The translations under genes were made by a program, and so were the position numbers. Positions 58,640 through 64,000 of a stretch of DNA of 64,000 nucleotides are shown piece after piece; position 1 is the first letter of the stretch; every line of letters begins with the position of its first letter. Below the pieces are notes generated by a model that was given only the letters and a program-made list of their open reading frames with translations, made no database searches and was not told the DNA's origin. This stretch comes from Rhodoluna limnophila (GTDB taxonomy: Bacteria > Actinomycetota > Actinomycetes > Actinomycetales > Microbacteriaceae): assembly GCA_945862155.1 (NCBI GenBank), contig CAMAXJ010000001.1:5845-69844 (forward strand), in the 5' to 3' direction.

Positions 58640-60064
58640 TCAGTTCCCACTTCCGCCAGTGGGACTTGGGGAAGGAAAGGGAAACACTGTAGAGCTCGGC
58701 AAAGGGATAGAACCATCGGTTGGTTCAGAGCCAGGCGTTGATTCAGTTGGATAAGGAAGAGTTATTTGCTGGATGTAGTAGTAAATCTTCACTGTTGCTC
58801 CAACTTTCACCTGCCCCAAGCCATCGGCTTTATAAACAGTCAAGATTCGAGGATCTTCTAGATTCAGCGGTTCCCCTGGAACCGCATCAACTACGAGCCC
58901 GCGTTCTTTGAGGAAAATAGAGGCATCCGCCACGTTCTTGCCGATCACATCAGTTAGCAAAACCACAACAGTTGGAGTCAAATCTTCGGCTGGAATTTTC
59001 GTTGGTGAAACAGTTGGCTCAAAGGTTGGAACTGGAACTTCACTTTGCTGCTCGCTCATCAAGCTCAACACAATCGCTATCATCACACCGGCTGCTGCCG
59101 CAAACAGCACACCAATAAGTGCGAGCCAAGGCCAAATAATAGGTAGCGTCTCCAAAGGCTCGGTCTTCGGGTCTGGCTCAGTAACTCTGGTTCGAACCGT
59201 CGGAGTTTGATCCTGATTGAAAATCTCGGTTGGAGAAACTCCCTCAAGCTGGAGCCGTAATGCTCTGGCACGGTTTGAAAGATCTAGTGCAGAACCTGGT
59301 CGCTGGTTAGGTTTTTTGGCAAGGCAGGAAAAAACTAAATCCTGAACCCGCTGATCGATGTCTTGACCCATGGCAGGAGGCTTGTCGTTGATCTGCGCCA
59401 TGGCAATGACCATTTGTGATTCACCAGTGAACGGCCTTCTTCCAGTTAATGCCTCGTAGGCAACAATTCCAAGGGAGTAAATATCCGTTGAGGGTGTTGC
59501 CTGCTTACCCGTTGCCTGCTCTGGAGCAAGGTATTGAACAGTTCCCATAACTTGACCGGTGGCGGTCAGGGCAACCTGGTCGGCCACCCTTGCGATACCA
59601 AAGTCTGTGATCTTTACTTTCCCGCTGGGGGTAATCAAAAGGTTCCCTGGCTTCACATCGCGGTGCACCAGGCCATCCTCGTGAGCTGCGTGCAATGCGC
59701 GCGCAGTTTGTTCCATGATGCTTAGAACCTCAACACCAGTTAGGCGAATGCGCTTTTCAATGATGCGAGCTAGTGAATCACCAGATACTAGTTCCATGAC
59801 CAGATACGCAGAACCAGATCCTTCACCGTAGTCGTAAACATCCGCAATTCCTTCGTGATCCACGCGGGCCGCATGTTTTGCTTCAACACGGAAACGTTCC
59901 AGAAAACCCGGGTCACCCATGAACTCGGGTTTTAAGATCTTGATTGCAACATCTCGAAGAATTACTTCATCATGCGCACGCCATACCTCGCCCATACCGC
60001 CAATTGCGATGCGATCAACTAGTCGATAGCGGTTTCCGTAAACTTGCCCAGCCTCTGGCTTCAT
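58640..60064 (-). CDS. pknA: Ser/Thr protein kinase in the pknA position, with TM and one PASTA-like extracellular domain
   Basis: 474 aa with [23 protein letters not shown], a TM ([23 protein letters not shown]), and C-terminal [21 protein letters not shown].... Confidence 0.8.
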   Translation of the reverse strand: MKPEAGQVYGNRYRLVDRIAIGGMGEVWRAHDEVILRDVAIKILKPEFMGDPGFLERFRVEAKHAARVDHEGIADVYDYGEGSGSAYLVMELVSGDSLARIIEKRIRLTGVEVLSIMEQTARALHAAHEDGLVHRDVKPGNLLITPSGKVKITDFGIARVADQVALTATGQVMGTVQYLAPEQATGKQATPSTDIYSLGIVAYEALTGRRPFTGESQMVIAMAQINDKPPAMGQDIDQRVQDLVFSCLAKKPNQRPGSALDLSNRARALRLQLEGVSPTEIFNQDQTPTVRTRVTEPDPKTEPLETLPIIWPWLALIGVLFAAAAGVMIAIVLSLMSEQQSEVPVPTFEPTVSPTKIPAEDLTPTVVVLLTDVIGKNVADASIFLKERGLVVDAVPGEPLNLEDPRILTVYKADGLGQVKVGATVKIYYYIQQITLPYPTESTPGSEPTDGSIPLPSSTVFPFPSPSPTGGSGN

Positions 60065-61512
60065 TGGCCAAACACCGCCTTGAAAAACGACCTAGCAACC
60101 GGCGCAGCGGTTCCATTACCGCTTGCCCCAGAATCTCGTCCTCCGCCATCTTCAACCACTAGTGCGATGGCAACCTTGGGATTTATTGAAGGCGCAAAGC
60201 CTGTGAACCAAAGAGTGACTCGTTCATTGTCACCGTTTTCGGCAGTTCCGGTTTTTCCGGCTACCTTCACGCCATAAACGGAGGCGTTGCTAGCAACGCC
60301 TTTGGATACCGACTGAACCATCATCTTCTTCAGCGCATCTGCGGTTGCTGCAGTTATCGGCTGAGCTAGCACTTCAGGTTGCGGGGATGAAATCACAGAA
60401 AGGTTGGGGCTAATCACGCTCTCGATTAGGTTCGGCTGCATCATCAGCCCACCGTTTGCAATGGCTGATGAAATCAGAGCCATTTGCAATGGGCTTACCC
60501 GAACATCGAACTGTCCGAAAGACGAAAGCCCAAGTTGAGCATCATCCATCTCTTCTGGGAAAACACTCGGGGTTGCGAGCATCGGAACACGAATTTCTTT
60601 GCCAAAGCCAAACAGCTCAGCCTGAGCTCGAAGTCGATCCTGCCCTAAGGCAAGACCCAACTCAACAAAAGGCACGTTGCAGCTATAGCGCAACGCATAA
60701 CTAAGGGTCACGGTGGAATCAGAACCGCAGGTGTTTCTTGAGGAGTTAAAAACTTCGGAGGTAGATCCTGGAAGCTGAACCGAGACTGGATTCGGGAAAG
60801 TGCTTGCGTTGTTATATTCTCCAGATTCCAGGGCGGCAGCTGCCACTACCAGCTTGAATACCGATCCCGGGTGATACAAGTCCCCGCCGATGGTTTTGTT
60901 GATCAATGGGTTAGCTGGGTCTGATTCAAGCTCAACGTATTTTTCGCTCACCTTCTCGCTGTTGTGGCCAGCAATTCGGTTGACGTTAAAGCCAGGCTTT
61001 GAGACCATCGCAAGGATGTTGCCCGTGACTGGATCAATAGCAATCAAAGCCCCGCGGTAGTCGCCCAGGGCGTCCCAGGCAGCTTGCTGCAAGCTAGGGT
61101 CAAGGGTTAGCTCAACCGCAGCGCCTGTGATCGGGTTGCCAGATAAAACAGCATTGACCTGCTCGAAAAACTGTGAGGAGCTTTGACCGGATAGGTAAGA
61201 GTTGGCAGCTGATTCGATTCCGGTTGCGCCTCGGAAGACAGAGAAGTATCCGGTCACGCCCGAGTAAACCTCGTTGTCATAAGTTCTCAAGTATCGATAG
61301 GCGCTATCGACCGCAATAGATTCAGCGATTGGTTTGCCATCGACCAGAATTGGTCCGCGCTGTGTCTTATAGCTTTCGTAGATATTTCTAACGTTTCTTG
61401 GATCATTTGCCAAAGCCTCTGTGTCGACTGCCTGCAAAAGAGTTCCTGCCAAAAATAGGCTCATGAACATCGCAGCAACTACCAGCGAGACTCTTCTTAG
61501 TTCCTTAGTCAT
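60061..61512 (-). CDS. pbpA: class B penicillin-binding protein (transpeptidase) PbpA
   Basis: 483 aa with an N-terminal TM, SVFK (SxxK), SCN (SxN) and KTGT motifs. Confidence 0.85.
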   Translation of the reverse strand: MTKELRRVSLVVAAMFMSLFLAGTLLQAVDTEALANDPRNVRNIYESYKTQRGPILVDGKPIAESIAVDSAYRYLRTYDNEVYSGVTGYFSVFRGATGIESAANSYLSGQSSSQFFEQVNAVLSGNPITGAAVELTLDPSLQQAAWDALGDYRGALIAIDPVTGNILAMVSKPGFNVNRIAGHNSEKVSEKYVELESDPANPLINKTIGGDLYHPGSVFKLVVAAAALESGEYNNASTFPNPVSVQLPGSTSEVFNSSRNTCGSDSTVTLSYALRYSCNVPFVELGLALGQDRLRAQAELFGFGKEIRVPMLATPSVFPEEMDDAQLGLSSFGQFDVRVSPLQMALISSAIANGGLMMQPNLIESVISPNLSVISSPQPEVLAQPITAATADALKKMMVQSVSKGVASNASVYGVKVAGKTGTAENGDNERVTLWFTGFAPSINPKVAIALVVEDGGGRDSGASGNGTAAPVARSFFKAVFGQ

Positions 61513-62885
61513 CGAATGCTCACCTCGGCCTGGCGATCAGCAGCTGAGTCAGAAAGACGAAGAAGCATGGCGATGATGATCCAGTTAGCAAGAAGCGATG
61601 ATCCACCTGCTGCCAATAGCGGCGTGGTAAGTCCGGTCAAAGGAAGAATTCTGGTGACGCCACCGATAACCACAAACACCTGCAGAGCAATCACAAAAGC
61701 AAAACCAACCGCCATCAGCTTGGCAAATTCATCGTTGTGCCTAAAGCCAACTTTTAGTCCACGGGCTACCAGCAAGAAGTACAGAGCAAGAATTGCAAAG
61801 AAGCCAATCAGGCCTAACTCTTCTGCAAGGCTGGAAATAATAAAGTCGCTTTCGGCCAAAGGAACTAACTGCGGCACACCGCCACCAAGGCCGGTTCCAA
61901 ACAATCCACCATTAGCCATGCCGAATATTCCCTGAACGATCTGGTAGCTACCGCCAACGGCGTCGTAGTTTTCTTGGTCGAACGGGTTCAGCCACGAATC
62001 AAAGCGTCGCGAAACGTAGTCCAAGACACGGGATGCAACAAGCCCACCGGTGATAAGCATTGCAACGCCGATGCCGGCGTAGAAAGCACGACCGGTTGCA
62101 ACATAGATCATCACCAGAAATAGTCCGAAATACAAAATGCTGGTTCCAAGATCGCGCTGCAAAACCAAAACACCAATGCTTGCAAGCCAGATCACCAAGA
62201 TAGGCCCAAGCTCACGACCCCTTGGAATTCGAACTCCTAAGATTTTTCTACCAACAACCGCTAGCGAATCTTTGCGATTTACCAAGTAGCCTGCGAAGAA
62301 AATAATCAGTGCGATCTTGGCTATTTCACCTGGCTGGAAAGTGACACCGAAAAAGGAAATCCATAGTGTTGCGCCATTAATAGTTGTTCCGATAAATGGC
62401 ACCAAGGGAAGTAGCAGTAGCGCGATACCAACGGCCATCGAAACATATACGTATCTGCGTAAAAACAGCTGGCTAGGAACAAACGATATGACAATCGCAG
62501 CTATTGCCATAGCAAGCGCTGTCCACATCACCTGCCTAACCGCAAATAGCTCAGCACCACCGGAGGCAATGCTTGCAAGATCAAGTCGGTAAATCATCGC
62601 GATACCAAGGCCGTTTAGCGCAACAGCAATTGGCAATATCAGCGGGTCAGCCTCTGATGCTCGGCGGCGAAGAATTAGGTGCAAAACAAAAGCAAATGCA
62701 ATTGGTGGAAACCAGTAGGTGAACAAATCGGTTGTGATTTTTTCCAGAATGGAAAGCTGAATCTGCGCTATTTCAAAGGCGTTTAGTCCTGCCGCGAAAA
62801 ACAGCAAGAGCGCTTCTAGGTTTCTAGATCTCGGAACTACCTTGATTAGCTTTGAAATCTGAAGGGCTTCGGTCAGCGGATTCAT
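61509..62885 (-). CDS. rodA: SEDS-family peptidoglycan glycosyltransferase RodA/FtsW
   Basis: 458-aa polytopic protein with QPGEIAKIALIIF and ESDFIISSLAEELG motifs. Confidence 0.9.
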   Translation of the reverse strand: MNPLTEALQISKLIKVVPRSRNLEALLLFFAAGLNAFEIAQIQLSILEKITTDLFTYWFPPIAFAFVLHLILRRRASEADPLILPIAVALNGLGIAMIYRLDLASIASGGAELFAVRQVMWTALAMAIAAIVISFVPSQLFLRRYVYVSMAVGIALLLLPLVPFIGTTINGATLWISFFGVTFQPGEIAKIALIIFFAGYLVNRKDSLAVVGRKILGVRIPRGRELGPILVIWLASIGVLVLQRDLGTSILYFGLFLVMIYVATGRAFYAGIGVAMLITGGLVASRVLDYVSRRFDSWLNPFDQENYDAVGGSYQIVQGIFGMANGGLFGTGLGGGVPQLVPLAESDFIISSLAEELGLIGFFAILALYFLLVARGLKVGFRHNDEFAKLMAVGFAFVIALQVFVVIGGVTRILPLTGLTTPLLAAGGSSLLANWIIIAMLLRLSDSAADRQAEVSIR

Positions 62886-62887
62886 CG

Positions 62888-64000
62888 CTAGTTGCCCCCT
62901 AGCTGATCCAAAACTCTTCTGGCTTCCTCAAGACTCTCGGTGGCAATTGATCGCTTCAGCGCTTCGCGCTGGAAATCCGTTAGCGACTCGAGAGTGATGC
63001 TGGAAACTTCATAAACGGTTGAGAATCTAAATGGCCCAAGATCTTCCCTGATGCCTTTGTAGATAACAACTACCCCGTCGCTTGTTCCAACAAAGAACCT
63101 AGTCTGGGTGTATTCATAGGCTAGGAATAGTCCATAGATTGCTACAGCAACCAGCAAGACATAGGTAGCAAGTTGGCGCAGCCTTCGAGCACGGATTCGA
63201 CCCTTGGTGTCTTTGAGAATCTTTTCCAGTAGCTCTTCGGACTCTGGAGCAAAGCTGGTTGGATCCTCTGGTTTTTGGAGCATTTCAATAAGCGTCATTG
63301 GGTTCAGAATCCTCAGGATTCTTCTACCGCGGCGCTCGTCGATAACAACTTCGCTTGCGGCCGAGCCAACAAAGTTTCGAGATGCAGATGCCGCTGTCTC
63401 TTCCTTTTCATCTAAAACATCGACCAAAACAATAGTGACGTTATCCGGTGCCCCAAATTCCAGCGCCTCGCCAACCAGCAAATTAGTTGCTTCTTGAACA
63501 TTGGATTTAGAAAGCATGATGCGGTGCATTAGCCCTTCTGGGATAACACCGGATAGACCATCGCTGCAAACCATCCAACGGTCGCCAGGTTTGGTTTCAA
63601 AGGTTTCAAGATCAACTTCTGGGAACTGCTCGACATCTCCTAGTACGCGCATAAGCACGCTTCGTCTTGGATGAACCAGCGCTTCTTCTTCCGAGATGCG
63701 GCCAGTATCAACAAGTCGCTGGACGAATGTGTGATCTGTTGTGATCTGCTTCACAACGCCGTCTCGGGCAAGATAAATTCTTGAGTCCCCTATGTGCCCT
63801 ATGGAAACACTGGTTCCATGAACCAACATCCCAGAAAAAGTTGTTCCCATTCCAGCAAGGTCAGAGTGCTCCCCAACACAAGCGCTGAGTTTCTGATTTG
63901 CCTGCCAGATGTAGTCAATAAGTTTTTGCTCAGCCTGCTGGTAGTTTTCTACCGGCTCATCGGCGGTTGCAATATGCTGGGCGGTGATTGCCGAGGCTAT
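62888..64000 (-). CDS. pstP: PP2C-family Ser/Thr phosphatase PstP (5' end beyond the window)
   Basis: PP2C motifs GDSRIYL, MVCSDGL and DNVTIVLVDV, plus a C-terminal TM. The reading frame stays open upstream of the listed Met to position 64000. Confidence 0.85.
   Translation of the reverse strand: MASAITAQHIATADEPVENYQQAEQKLIDYIWQANQKLSACVGEHSDLAGMGTTFSGMLVHGTSVSIGHIGDSRIYLARDGVVKQITTDHTFVQRLVDTGRISEEEALVHPRRSVLMRVLGDVEQFPEVDLETFETKPGDRWMVCSDGLSGVIPEGLMHRIMLSKSNVQEATNLLVGEALEFGAPDNVTIVLVDVLDEKEETAASASRNFVGSAASEVVIDERRGRRILRILNPMTLIEMLQKPEDPTSFAPESEELLEKILKDTKGRIRARRLRQLATYVLLVAVAIYGLFLAYEYTQTRFFVGTSDGVVVIYKGIREDLGPFRFSTVYEVSSITLESLTDFQREALKRSIATESLEEARRVLDQLGGN

Overview
This window covers the chromosomal replication-origin region of an Actinomycetota genome. 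It is compact, roughly 50% GC, and looks Micrococcales/Microbacteriaceae-like; that taxonomic guess comes from gene order and composition only. It divides into three blocks. (1) 1-26.9 kb holds canonical ori-proximal synteny: dnaB, rplI-rpsR-ssb-rpsF, cca, NUDIX, murJ, trxB-trxA, an aminotransferase, ddl, parB-parA, rsmG-jag-yidC-yidD-rnpA-rpmH, then dnaA-dnaN-recF-DUF721(DciA)-gyrB-gyrA-DUF3566 and stand-alone tRNA-Ile and tRNA-Ala. oriC DnaA boxes flank dnaA. Two perfect parS sites coincide with the parA and rsmG start codons. A further DnaA-box cluster lies upstream of dnaB. (2) About 27-54.7 kb is an accessory or catabolic insertion between tRNA-Ala and ppiA, two loci that are near-adjacent in the textbook actinobacterial layout. 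It contains a GntR/C-N hydrolase/permease module bracketed by a 12-nt repeat of the tRNA-Ala 3' end, and an SRAP gene with small partner ORFs. It also contains GT4, gpx and thiolase genes, a MarR-controlled extradiol ring-cleavage operon that ends in ferredoxin and ferredoxin reductase, and a divergent cytochrome P450. Beyond these lie a glutamine-synthetase-like/GATase-like/ADC-like/permease/ALDH set (gamma-glutamylation-type amine catabolism), the hutGUIH genes and an orphan N6-adenine methyltransferase. (3) 54.7-64 kb is a conserved cell-envelope/signalling block: ppiA, rhomboid, crgA, trpG, pknB, pknA-like, pbpA, rodA and pstP (truncated by the window edge). I saw no rRNA, CRISPR array, transposase or integrase. 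The best candidate for a novel system is the P450 + Fdx/FdR + GS-like + GATase-like + extradiol dioxygenase combination. All protein calls rest on motif recognition in the supplied translations, not on database searches.
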